A DNA stretch of 51,444 nt from a virus (taxonomy: Duplodnaviria; Caudoviricetes): IMG/VR virus record IMGVR_UViG_3300032327_000733, positions 1 to 51,444 of that record, one strand, 5' to 3'. The first letter of the stretch is position 1; the number at the start of each line of letters is the position of its first letter. The notes under the pieces are model-generated. The model searched no databases, was not told the origin of the DNA, and worked only from the letters and a program-made list of their open reading frames with translations. Positions 39,964 through 48,045 of this stretch are shown one piece after another. A program made the translations under genes and the position numbers.

Positions 39964-40202
39964 ATATCATAAAGCCAACAGCAAGTCAGATATCCCTGAC
40001 TACAGCTAACACCATCAACGGCTCTCAAATTGTTTTTATTAGCGCAACATCAGCTGCCGTAATCACGGTTGCTAACAGCGGCGGAACCATCGGTACATTC
40101 ACTTTACCAGCAAATCAGTATATTTTTGTAGCGAAATCTCCAACTGATACTATTGCTGCTAACGTCGCCGTGTTTGCTACATCTTCGGCGTATAGAGGCT
40201 AA
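39960..40202 (+). CDS. Small beta-rich hypothetical protein upstream of the prohead protease
   Basis: ATGA overlap with the upstream gene; 80 aa. Confidence 0.65.
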   Translation: MNIIKPTASQISLTTANTINGSQIVFISATSAAVITVANSGGTIGTFTLPANQYIFVAKSPTDTIAANVAVFATSSAYRG

Positions 40203-40203
40203 A

Positions 40204-40881
40204 ATGAAACTTATTACAGAACTGACCGAAGAGGTCGAATACCTCTCAGAAGCCAAGGAAGATGGTTCTAAAGATCATTACATCCATGGTATCTTCATGC
40301 AGGCTGATACTCCAAACCGTAATGGTCGTATCTACAGCCTGCCTGTTTTAGAAACCGCAGTCAATAAATACATCGAGAACAATATCAGTCAGAATAGAGC
40401 TTATGGTGAGCTCGGTCACCCAACTGGACCTCAGATTAATCTTGATCGCGTTTCTCATATGATTACAGAACTAAAGCGTGATGGTTCAAACTTTATTGGT
40501 AAAGCTAGACTTACAGATACGCCAATGGGCAATATTGCTAAGGGTCTACTGAAGTCTGGTGCTAATCTTGGCGTTTCTTCTCGCGGTCTTGGTTCTCTGA
40601 AGCCGAACAAGCAAGGTATTATGGAAGTGCAGGATGATTTTCATCTTGCTACTGCAGCTGATATTGTAGCTGATCCTTCTGCTCCTAATGCTTTCGTAAA
40701 AGGTATTATGGAAGGAGCTGAGTGGGTTTACGATGCATCTACAGAATCTTGGTATCAAGAGAAACTACACGAAACGCGCAAAGAAATGAAGAAAATGCGT
40801 ATGGATGAGATCGAGCAAGGTAAGTTCGGTATCTATGAGAGCTTCCTAAAGTCTCTCTCGTCAAAAACAAATCTAATATAA
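40204..40881 (+). CDS. gp21: Prohead core protease gp21
   Basis: Starts MKLITE (ATG at 40204 after GAGG). 'NRNGRIY', 'GELGHP', 'GVSSRGLGSL', 'ADIVADPSAPNAFV'. Confidence 0.97.
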   Translation: MKLITELTEEVEYLSEAKEDGSKDHYIHGIFMQADTPNRNGRIYSLPVLETAVNKYIENNISQNRAYGELGHPTGPQINLDRVSHMITELKRDGSNFIGKARLTDTPMGNIAKGLLKSGANLGVSSRGLGSLKPNKQGIMEVQDDFHLATAADIVADPSAPNAFVKGIMEGAEWVYDASTESWYQEKLHETRKEMKKMRMDEIEQGKFGIYESFLKSLSSKTNLI

Positions 40882-40884
40882 ATA
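40877..40884 (+). promoter_or_regulatory. T4-type late promoter for gp22
   Basis: TATAAATA at the gp21 stop. Confidence 0.8.
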
Positions 40885-40913
40885 AACTAAACAAATTGGA
40901 AGGGAGACCTTTA

Positions 40914-42149
40914 ATGTCTGAAGAAAATATCGAACAAATCGGCGAAGGTAAGTGGGATTATCCTAAACATATGACCCAAACCAGAACGAATTCTGACGTG
41001 GGTACTACCAACGCTGCGGATAATAGAGATAGACGTAAAGCTTTTAGAAAAAAGATCAAAGCTACAAAACATCAAGAAATGATGAAAGGTAGCATAACAA
41101 AAGAAGAATACGATGCTCTTTCCGAAGAAGAACAAGAAATGTATGAGCTAGATGAATCAATTGCCTCAGAAACTCTGAAGGCAGGATCTCGTTCAGTTGG
41201 TTCAGATCCAAAGTCGAAGATTGAAGCTATCACTTCAGTAATCGGCGCAATGCATTCTATGCGTAAGGACGATTTGACAAAATGGTATACACAAGCCATG
41301 GCTCTTATCGGTAAGGAAGCAAGCTCGCTACCAGCTGGCGCTTCGGCTGACTCTAACGCATCAAGTATCGATATGACTACTGGTAAAGGTCCTAAGACTC
41401 GCGACCCTATGCCAAAAATTGACGTTAAAGAAGACGTTGAAGAAATGTTTGATGGTGAAGATCTTTCAGAAGAGTTTAAAGATAAAGCTTCAACTCTATT
41501 CGAAGCTGCAGTTAATGCGCGTGCTGTGATTGAAATTACGCGCCTTGAGGAAGAGTACGAAACTCGATTAGAAGAAGAAGTTACTTCTATCGTTGAAGGT
41601 GTCGAAAATAACCTAAACACATACCTTGATTACGTTGTTGAAAACTGGATGCAGGAAAACGAAGTGGCGATTGAATCGGCGCTACGCAACGAAATCATGG
41701 AAGAATTCATTGGTGGTCTAAAGAGCCTTTTCGCTGAGCATTACATCGATATGCCAGAAGAAAAGATCAATGTTGTTGAAGAACTAGCTGCTAAAGTTGA
41801 AAGACTAGAAGCTGCTCTAGACGAGACAATCAATGAAAATGCTGAGCTAAAAGTTGCTATTCTGGAATCGGCGAGACAGGAAACTGTCGATGAAATCGCG
41901 GAAGGTCTCACTCTAACTCAGTCCGAAAAGTTTCTTTCACTTGCCGAGGGAGTCAGCTTTGACGGCAACCTCGATGTTTACAAGAAGAAACTTTCGGTTG
42001 TAAAGGAAAACTATTTCCCAGCAACGAAGCCTCAGTCTTCGAATATCGAGGAAGAAACGTTCGAAGGCGAAATCGGCGAGAAAACCGTAAATGTTGATCC
42101 TCAGGTTAACAAGTACGTACAAGCAATCTCAAGAACCGTCAAGAAGTAA
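40914..42149 (+). CDS. gp22: Prohead scaffold protein gp22
   Basis: ATG at 40914 after GGGAG. 'LSEEFKDKASTLFEAAV', 'YLDYVVENWMQENEVAIE', 'LFAEHYIDMPEEK'. Confidence 0.93.
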   Translation: MSEENIEQIGEGKWDYPKHMTQTRTNSDVGTTNAADNRDRRKAFRKKIKATKHQEMMKGSITKEEYDALSEEEQEMYELDESIASETLKAGSRSVGSDPKSKIEAITSVIGAMHSMRKDDLTKWYTQAMALIGKEASSLPAGASADSNASSIDMTTGKGPKTRDPMPKIDVKEDVEEMFDGEDLSEEFKDKASTLFEAAVNARAVIEITRLEEEYETRLEEEVTSIVEGVENNLNTYLDYVVENWMQENEVAIESALRNEIMEEFIGGLKSLFAEHYIDMPEEKINVVEELAAKVERLEAALDETINENAELKVAILESARQETVDEIAEGLTLTQSEKFLSLAEGVSFDGNLDVYKKKLSVVKENYFPATKPQSSNIEEETFEGEIGEKTVNVDPQVNKYVQAISRTVKK

Positions 42150-42154
42150 TTTTT

Positions 42155-42162
42155 TATAAATA
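42155..42162 (+). promoter_or_regulatory. T4-type late promoter for the major capsid gene
   Basis: Intergenic TATAAATA. Confidence 0.85.
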
Positions 42163-42193
42163 AAAAAAAACCTAAAGAAAGGGAATAACTAAA

Positions 42194-43591
42194 ATGTTTC
42201 TACAGGAAGAAATCCAAAAGAAGTGGGCTCCTATTCTAGAGCACTCAGAACTGCCAACAATCCGCGACGCTCATCGTCGTTCGGTAACTGCAGTTCTTCT
42301 AGAAAACACAGAGCGCGCTCTTCGCGAATCCGCCGTTCACGGTCAATATCAAACTCTTACTGAAACAACTTCAGGTGGTGCATTCAACGGTATTGGAGCA
42401 TCTAGCTCAACTGCTGGCGCTGGTCCAATCGACACATTCGACCCAGTACTTATCTCACTGGTTCGTCGTGCGATGCCAAACCTGATTGCTTATGACATTG
42501 CTGGTACTCAGCCAATGACAGGTCCAACAGGACTTATCTTTGCAATGCGTTCGAAGTACGGCAACTCTGCTGCTCTTGGTAACACATCTGCAATCGGTAA
42601 CACAAGAGCCGGTTCAGAAACTTTCTACAACGAAGTTGACTCAACATTCACATCTGTAACTTCAGGTGCTAACTCGTTCGGTCAGAAGTTTGTTGGTACA
42701 ATCCCAGGTGACACGAATACTTCAATCATGTCAGCTGTTAACGCTTATAACACCGGCACAGGTATGTCAACAGCTCAGGCTGAAGTACTTGGAACTGACG
42801 GTAACACTGCATTCGCTCAGATGGGCTTCTCAATCGAGAAGGTAACTGTAACTGCGAAGTCACGTGCCCTGAAGGCTGAGTACACAATGGAACTGGCTCA
42901 GGATCTAAAGGCTATCCATGGTCTTGATGCTGAAACAGAACTTGCTAACATCCTTTCAGCTGAAATCATGGCTGAAATCAACCGTGAAGTTGTTCGTACG
43001 ATCAATATCACTGCTGTAACTGGCGCTCAGGACAATACTACAACTGCTGGTATTTTCGACCTTGACACCGACTCAAACGGTCGTTGGTCAGTTGAAAAGT
43101 TCAAGGGTCTGATGTTCCAGCTGGAACGTGAAGCTAATGCTATCGCTCGTACAACTCGTCGTGGTAAGGGTAACATCGTTATCTGCTCGTCCGACGTTGC
43201 TTCGGCTCTACAGATGGCTGGTGTTCTTGACTACGCTCCTGCCCTCAACTCAAACAACCTCAACGTTGATGACACAGGCAATACTTTTGCTGGTGTTCTT
43301 AATGGTCGTCTAAAGGTTTACATCGATCCATATGCAATCGGTGGCAACTATATCACGATCGGTTATAAGGGTTCTTCTGCTTTCGACGCTGGTCTGTTCT
43401 ACTGCCCATACGTTCCTCTGCAGATGGTCCGCGCTGTTGACCAGTCAACCTTCCAGCCAAAAATCGGCTTCAAGACTCGTTATGGCATGGTAGCAAATCC
43501 ATTCGCTCAGGGTCTAACAGTTGGTTCAGGCGCTCTGACATTCAACAGCAACCTCTACTATCGTCGCGTTATCGTAAATAACCTGATGTAA
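42194..43591 (+). CDS. gp23: Major capsid protein gp23
   Basis: 'KWAPIL', 'DPVLISLVRRAMPNLIAYD', 'AKSRALKAEYTMELAQDLKAIHGLDAE', 'FQPKIGFKTRYG'. Confidence 0.98.
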   Translation: MFLQEEIQKKWAPILEHSELPTIRDAHRRSVTAVLLENTERALRESAVHGQYQTLTETTSGGAFNGIGASSSTAGAGPIDTFDPVLISLVRRAMPNLIAYDIAGTQPMTGPTGLIFAMRSKYGNSAALGNTSAIGNTRAGSETFYNEVDSTFTSVTSGANSFGQKFVGTIPGDTNTSIMSAVNAYNTGTGMSTAQAEVLGTDGNTAFAQMGFSIEKVTVTAKSRALKAEYTMELAQDLKAIHGLDAETELANILSAEIMAEINREVVRTINITAVTGAQDNTTTAGIFDLDTDSNGRWSVEKFKGLMFQLEREANAIARTTRRGKGNIVICSSDVASALQMAGVLDYAPALNSNNLNVDDTGNTFAGVLNGRLKVYIDPYAIGGNYITIGYKGSSAFDAGLFYCPYVPLQMVRAVDQSTFQPKIGFKTRYGMVANPFAQGLTVGSGALTFNSNLYYRRVIVNNLM

Positions 43592-43650
43592 TTAATACCC
43601 CACTCAACTAAAGGTGGGGATAAACAAGACGGTTTCAAGCCGCAGACTAG

Positions 43651-43679
43651 AAAGGGGAGCTTCGGCTCCCCTTTTTTTT
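43651..43679 (+). terminator. Rho-independent terminator after gp23 with a C(UUCG)G tetraloop
   Basis: AAAGGGGAGC-TTCG-GCTCCCCTTT followed by a T run. Confidence 0.95.
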
Positions 43680-43680
43680 A

Positions 43681-43688
43681 TATAAATA
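43681..43688 (+). promoter_or_regulatory. T4-type late promoter for gp3
   Basis: TATAAATA immediately after the terminator. Confidence 0.85.
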
Positions 43689-43707
43689 TTTTGAAACGGA
43701 GAAAATC

Positions 43708-44232
43708 ATGTCAGCAGTTGATAATACGCCCACAAACAAGAATTTCTTGAGTCCTCTCAATTTCAAGTTCATTATGAAGAGAGCGCCAACTATCAATTTT
43801 TTCGTACAAAAAGTTACACTACCAGAGCTTACATTGCCGGCATTTAACATTCCAACTCCTCTGATTCGCATTCCTCAGTTTGGTGATCACTTGGAGTTCG
43901 GGGATCTTTCTATCACATTCAGAGTTGACGAAGATATGCAAAACTATCTCGAGATCGATAACTGGATAAGAGCAGTCGGTCAACAATCTTACAGTGCGTA
44001 TGCGAATTTAGTTGCAAAATCAAAAATCACCGGTGAATCTACAACATCCGAAATTTCTTTGACTATTCTGTCAAGCGCCAAAAGACCCAACTACGAAATT
44101 GTTTTTGAAGATTGTTTCCCGACCGGATTATCAGGGTTCGAAATGAATACAACGAATGAAGACGTTGCTTACGTAGAAGCTTCGGCATCTTTCAAGTACA
44201 CAAAATACGAAATTTCTAAAGTTATTGCTTGA
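43708..44232 (+). CDS. gp3: Tail tube terminator/completion protein gp3
   Basis: 'NFLSPLNFKF..RAP..FFVQ..LP', 'F.VDEDMQNYLEI.NW', 'FEDCFPTGLS'. Confidence 0.9.
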   Translation: MSAVDNTPTNKNFLSPLNFKFIMKRAPTINFFVQKVTLPELTLPAFNIPTPLIRIPQFGDHLEFGDLSITFRVDEDMQNYLEIDNWIRAVGQQSYSAYANLVAKSKITGESTTSEISLTILSSAKRPNYEIVFEDCFPTGLSGFEMNTTNEDVAYVEASASFKYTKYEISKVIA

Positions 44233-44257
44233 CTTTTGTCACCTTCTATAGTAATAT
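44229..44257 (+). promoter_or_regulatory. Sigma70-type (early/middle) promoter for uvsY-uvsW
   Basis: TTGACT-17 nt-TAATAT. Confidence 0.65.
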
Positions 44258-44281
44258 AAAGCTTTGATATAGTAAGGTGTA

Positions 44282-44719
44282 ATGATGAAGTTTGAAGACG
44301 TTTTTGCTTCTTGGGAAAAAGACAGCGTTATTGATAGAACAGAACTTGCTGATGAGAGCTTAAAGATTCCCAAGCTCCACCACAAGTACTATTCTATCTA
44401 CGTCGGCGAAAAAGTGATCCTTAGAAAACTCGAGTCTGATATGAAGAAGTTGAAGCTCGAGAAGCATGAGTTTTACACTCAGGGTCCAACCGAAGAGACG
44501 AAAGAAAAAGGCTGGCGCATGCCCGCGCGAGGGTTGATCCTGAAAGCTGATATTCCTCTATACATGGAAGGCGATCAGGACATCATTGATCTTTCGCTGA
44601 AGATTGGTATGCAGCAAGAGAAGATAGAGTTCCTGGAGTCCATCATCAAGTCGTTTCAAACCAGAGGCTATATAATCAAGAACGCTATTGAGTTTACGAA
44701 GTTTACAATGGGTGGTTGA
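44282..44719 (+). CDS. uvsY: Recombination mediator UvsY
   Basis: 'WEKDSVID..L..ESLKIPKLHHKY', 'RGYIIKNAIEF.KF..G'. Confidence 0.93.
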   Translation: MMKFEDVFASWEKDSVIDRTELADESLKIPKLHHKYYSIYVGEKVILRKLESDMKKLKLEKHEFYTQGPTEETKEKGWRMPARGLILKADIPLYMEGDQDIIDLSLKIGMQQEKIEFLESIIKSFQTRGYIIKNAIEFTKFTMGG

Positions 44720-46164
44720 TGACTGATATTATAAAAGTGACACGTTACGACGAAGTATACAACAAAATAGTCTGCGACTCCGGGTTAGCCATGGAGTTAG
44801 CGGACCATTTCACGTTTGAAGTACCTGGCGCTAAGTTTATGCCATCTTTCAGAAACAAAGTCTGGGATGGAAAGATTCGACTCTTCAACCCACTTGTATC
44901 ATTGCTCTACGCAGGTTTGAATCATCATCTAGAGCAGTTCTGCAAGAGTAGACATTACGAGATAGAATACGAAGGTCCGTTCTCTGATACAGAATTCTCT
45001 CTCATTGAAGCAAAACAATTCATAGAGAAACTACAACCGAAACATCAGCCTAGAGACTATCAGATTGATGCGTTCGTGCATGCAGTAAGAAAACGTAGAG
45101 GCGTTCTACTGTCTCCGACTGGTTCTGGTAAGTCATTCATAATTTACCTTCTTGCTTGTTGGTATCAAACGAAGACTCTGATGATCGTTCCAACAACGTC
45201 TCTCGTTCATCAGATGGCTTCAGACTTTGAAGATTATGGTCTACCGAAAGGAATGACTCATAAGATAATGTCTGGCGAAGAAAAAGAATCAAACAAACCT
45301 TTCGTCATTTCAACGTGGCAGTCAATCTACAAACAGCCGAAGAAGTGGTTCGATCAGTTTGATGTTGTTATTGGTGACGAGGCACATCTGTTCAAAGCCA
45401 AGTCTCTTTCAACCATCATGAGCAAAATGACTGGTTGTAAATACAGATTCGGTTTCACCGGAACTCTGGACGGCACTCAAACTCACAAGCTCGTGCTCGA
45501 AGGTTTGTTTGGCGCAGTTCGTAAAATTACAACAACTGCCGATCTGATTGAACAAAAACATCTAGCTGATTTCAGTATCAAGGCTATCGTTCTCAAGTAT
45601 CCAGAAGACGTAAGAAAACTTATGACTGGAACTGACTACCAAACCGAGATAGACTTCATTGTAAGAAATGAAGCTCGCAACAGATTCATCAAGAATCTTG
45701 CTCTTTCCTTGAATGGTAACACTCTTTTACTATTTCAGTTTGTCGAAAAACACGGCAAAACTCTATATGATCTTATATCAAAAGAAGCTGTTGATCGTAA
45801 GGTCTTTTTCATTTCTGGTGCTATTGATGGAGAGAAACGTGAAGAAATTCGGAGAATCATTGAAACAGAAGAAAATGCTATTGTTGTTGCTAGCTACGGA
45901 ACTAGCTCCACCGGCATTAACATTCGTAATCTGCACAATGTTGTATTTTCTAGTCCTTCAAAGTCCAGGGTGAGAAACCTCCAGTCGATCGGTAGAGGTC
46001 TCAGAACTTCTGATACTAAATCGGAAGCTACTCTGTATGACATTGCCGATGACCTGACTTGGAAGTCTAAAAAGAATCATACCATCCTTCATTTCGTCGA
46101 GCGAATCAAGATCTACAGCGAGGAAAAGTTTCCTTACAAGACCTACACTGTAGATTTACTCTAA
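44719..46164 (+). CDS. uvsW: SF2 DNA helicase UvsW
   Basis: 'FTFEVPGAKFMP..WDGKIRLF', 'SPTGSGKS', 'DEAH', 'LQSIGRGLR'. Confidence 0.96.
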   Translation: MTDIIKVTRYDEVYNKIVCDSGLAMELADHFTFEVPGAKFMPSFRNKVWDGKIRLFNPLVSLLYAGLNHHLEQFCKSRHYEIEYEGPFSDTEFSLIEAKQFIEKLQPKHQPRDYQIDAFVHAVRKRRGVLLSPTGSGKSFIIYLLACWYQTKTLMIVPTTSLVHQMASDFEDYGLPKGMTHKIMSGEEKESNKPFVISTWQSIYKQPKKWFDQFDVVIGDEAHLFKAKSLSTIMSKMTGCKYRFGFTGTLDGTQTHKLVLEGLFGAVRKITTTADLIEQKHLADFSIKAIVLKYPEDVRKLMTGTDYQTEIDFIVRNEARNRFIKNLALSLNGNTLLLFQFVEKHGKTLYDLISKEAVDRKVFFISGAIDGEKREEIRRIIETEENAIVVASYGTSSTGINIRNLHNVVFSSPSKSRVRNLQSIGRGLRTSDTKSEATLYDIADDLTWKSKKNHTILHFVERIKIYSEEKFPYKTYTVDLL

Positions 46165-46187
46165 TTATTATCATTCACACATTAGTG

Positions 46188-46215
46188 ATTATACCTACAT
46201 TTATGGAGAAGTCAA
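46188..46215 (-). promoter_or_regulatory. Putative minus-strand sigma70 promoter, antisense to uvsW
   Basis: The reverse complement reads TTGACT-16 nt-TATAAT. Confidence 0.5.
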
Positions 46216-46220
46216 GCATT

Positions 46221-46760
46221 ATGTCAGCAAAACCCAAGCGCCACTACGTGAACAACAAAGATTTTTATGAAGCTTTAGTCGCTTATAAAAACAAGTTCGT
46301 TGAGAACCCCAATACAAAAATTCCAGATTATGTCGGTCAATGCATTTTAGCAATTTGTAACAAACTGTCAACCAAACCCAATTTTATTGGTTACTCTTTT
46401 AGAGATGAAATGATTGCAGATGGTGTGGAGAATTGTATTGCTTCCGTAAACGGATTCAACCCGGAAAAATCCAGCAACCCATTTGCTTATTTCACTCAGA
46501 TCGCCTGGAATGCTTTCATTAGAAGAATTTCAAAGGAAAAAAAACAGCAATACATCAAGCATAAAAACATGATCAATAGCATGATGATCTCAGAGCTTGA
46601 TACTGAAACTTTCAATACTGTAACAGGTAACAATCCCCATTACAACGATATTACGAATGGAATCATCGACAGCTTTGAAAAAAAGTTGACAAAAACCAAA
46701 AAGAGTAGTATTATACAAGGAGTAGAAAAGTTTGTAGAAGGGAATTCTAATGAGCAATGA
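46221..46760 (+). CDS. gp55: Late-transcription sigma factor gp55
   Basis: 'HYVNNKDFY', 'PNFIGYSFRDEMIADGVENC', 'NPFAYFTQIAWNAFIRRISKEKKQ'. Start is ATG 46221 or possibly 46203. Confidence 0.96.
   Translation: MSAKPKRHYVNNKDFYEALVAYKNKFVENPNTKIPDYVGQCILAICNKLSTKPNFIGYSFRDEMIADGVENCIASVNGFNPEKSSNPFAYFTQIAWNAFIRRISKEKKQQYIKHKNMINSMMISELDTETFNTVTGNNPHYNDITNGIIDSFEKKLTKTKKSSIIQGVEKFVEGNSNEQ
46686..46714 (+). promoter_or_regulatory. Sigma70-type promoter inside the gp55 3' end, driving the 46750 ORF and gp47-gp46
   Basis: TTGACA-17 nt-TATTAT. Confidence 0.65.
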
Positions 46761-46986
46761 AAACAATCCAAAGTACAACATACTGCCGCAAAACATTATT
46801 GATTTTGCAATGAACGCTCTGTCTCATCCTAATACTAACGTCAGACAGAACTCGCGTATGCATTTAGACAATATCAAAAAGTTTTGTGAAGAAGTATTGA
46901 ACAACCGTATGGAAGTGGTTGAGAGAGAAACAACAAACGAAAGAGAGCATTCTACTTTCAGCAACCGGTATCTTAAGCGTCGCTGA
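46750..46986 (+). CDS. Hypothetical protein
   Basis: Fills the gap between gp55 and gp47, overlapping one and abutting the other. Confidence 0.65.
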   Translation: MSNENNPKYNILPQNIIDFAMNALSHPNTNVRQNSRMHLDNIKKFCEEVLNNRMEVVERETTNEREHSTFSNRYLKRR

Positions 46987-48045
46987 ATGAAGATAGCTAT
47001 AATCGCTGACACGCATGCTGGTATCAGAAATGATAACGTTGCATTTATGGACATGTTCAAGAAATTTCTTGATAATGTTTTCTTTCCTGAGATTCATAAA
47101 CAAGGTATTGAGGCTATAGTGCATCTTGGTGATCTAGTTGATCGCCGTAAATACATCAATATTCAGACTGCAAATCGTCTCCGTAAAGACTTCCTTGAGC
47201 CGATAGAGCATATGGGTCTTAAACTGCATCAAATATTGGGTAATCACGACACGTATTACAAAAATACGAACGCAGTCAACTCGGTGCAAGAACTGTGTGA
47301 TGAGTCTGTTTATATCTATCAGAACGCGACTGAAGTTGTGATTCACGAGACACCTATTTTGTTCGTTCCCTGGATCTGTTCTGATAACAAAGAACACACG
47401 ATGGAAATGATTGAAAAATCAAGATCAACAATCTGTATGGGACATCTTGAGTTACAAGGTTTCCAAATGTTCAAAGGGAGTATCTGTTCACATGGCGAAG
47501 ATCGTAGACTTTTTGACAAGTTTGATTGCGTACTTTCTGGTCATTTTCATCATCGGTCCACTGATGGTAGTATCAATTACGTTGGTTCTCACGGTCAGTT
47601 TACTTGGTCTGACTATGGCGATTCTCGCGGGTTTCACATACTGGATCTTCAAAATAAAGACTTGACTTTTATTGAGAATCCATATATAATGTTCAGTAAG
47701 GTCTGGTATGATGACTCTTCGAAAACAATGGAAGAGTTGCTCGACTACGACTTCACTCAGCACAAAGGAACCTACGTAAAGCTGATCGTCACCAACAAGA
47801 CGAATCCGTTTTGGTTTGACAAGTTTTGCGAGAGTATTGAAAAACAAGGTATTCTAAACCTTCAGATCGTCGATGATCATCTAAACCTGAATCTAGATGA
47901 AGACAGCGAAATTGTCAATGAAGCCGAAAGCACTCTTGACATCTTCATGAAACATATCGATCAAGTCAACTCTCCTAATCTGAACAGGGATAAACTTGAA
48001 CGAGTGATCGTCGATCTGTATAATCAGGCGATAACTGTAGAATGA
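46987..48045 (+). CDS. gp47: Recombination endonuclease subunit gp47 (Mre11/SbcD-like)
   Basis: Metallophosphoesterase motifs 'DTHAG', 'HLGDLVDRR', 'GNHD', 'GHLE', 'SGHFH'. Confidence 0.96.
   Translation: MKIAIIADTHAGIRNDNVAFMDMFKKFLDNVFFPEIHKQGIEAIVHLGDLVDRRKYINIQTANRLRKDFLEPIEHMGLKLHQILGNHDTYYKNTNAVNSVQELCDESVYIYQNATEVVIHETPILFVPWICSDNKEHTMEMIEKSRSTICMGHLELQGFQMFKGSICSHGEDRRLFDKFDCVLSGHFHHRSTDGSINYVGSHGQFTWSDYGDSRGFHILDLQNKDLTFIENPYIMFSKVWYDDSSKTMEELLDYDFTQHKGTYVKLIVTNKTNPFWFDKFCESIEKQGILNLQIVDDHLNLNLDEDSEIVNEAESTLDIFMKHIDQVNSPNLNRDKLERVIVDLYNQAITVE

Noticed and set aside
40153-40203. ORF-track upstream starts for gp21 (40153), gp22 (40896), gp55 (46185) and the 5674 ORF
   Set aside because: Downstream ATGs have better RBS placement, match the expected N-termini and avoid long overlaps.
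41072-41620. 182-aa Ser-rich minus-strand ORF
   Set aside because: It is the shadow of Glu-rich gp22 codons.
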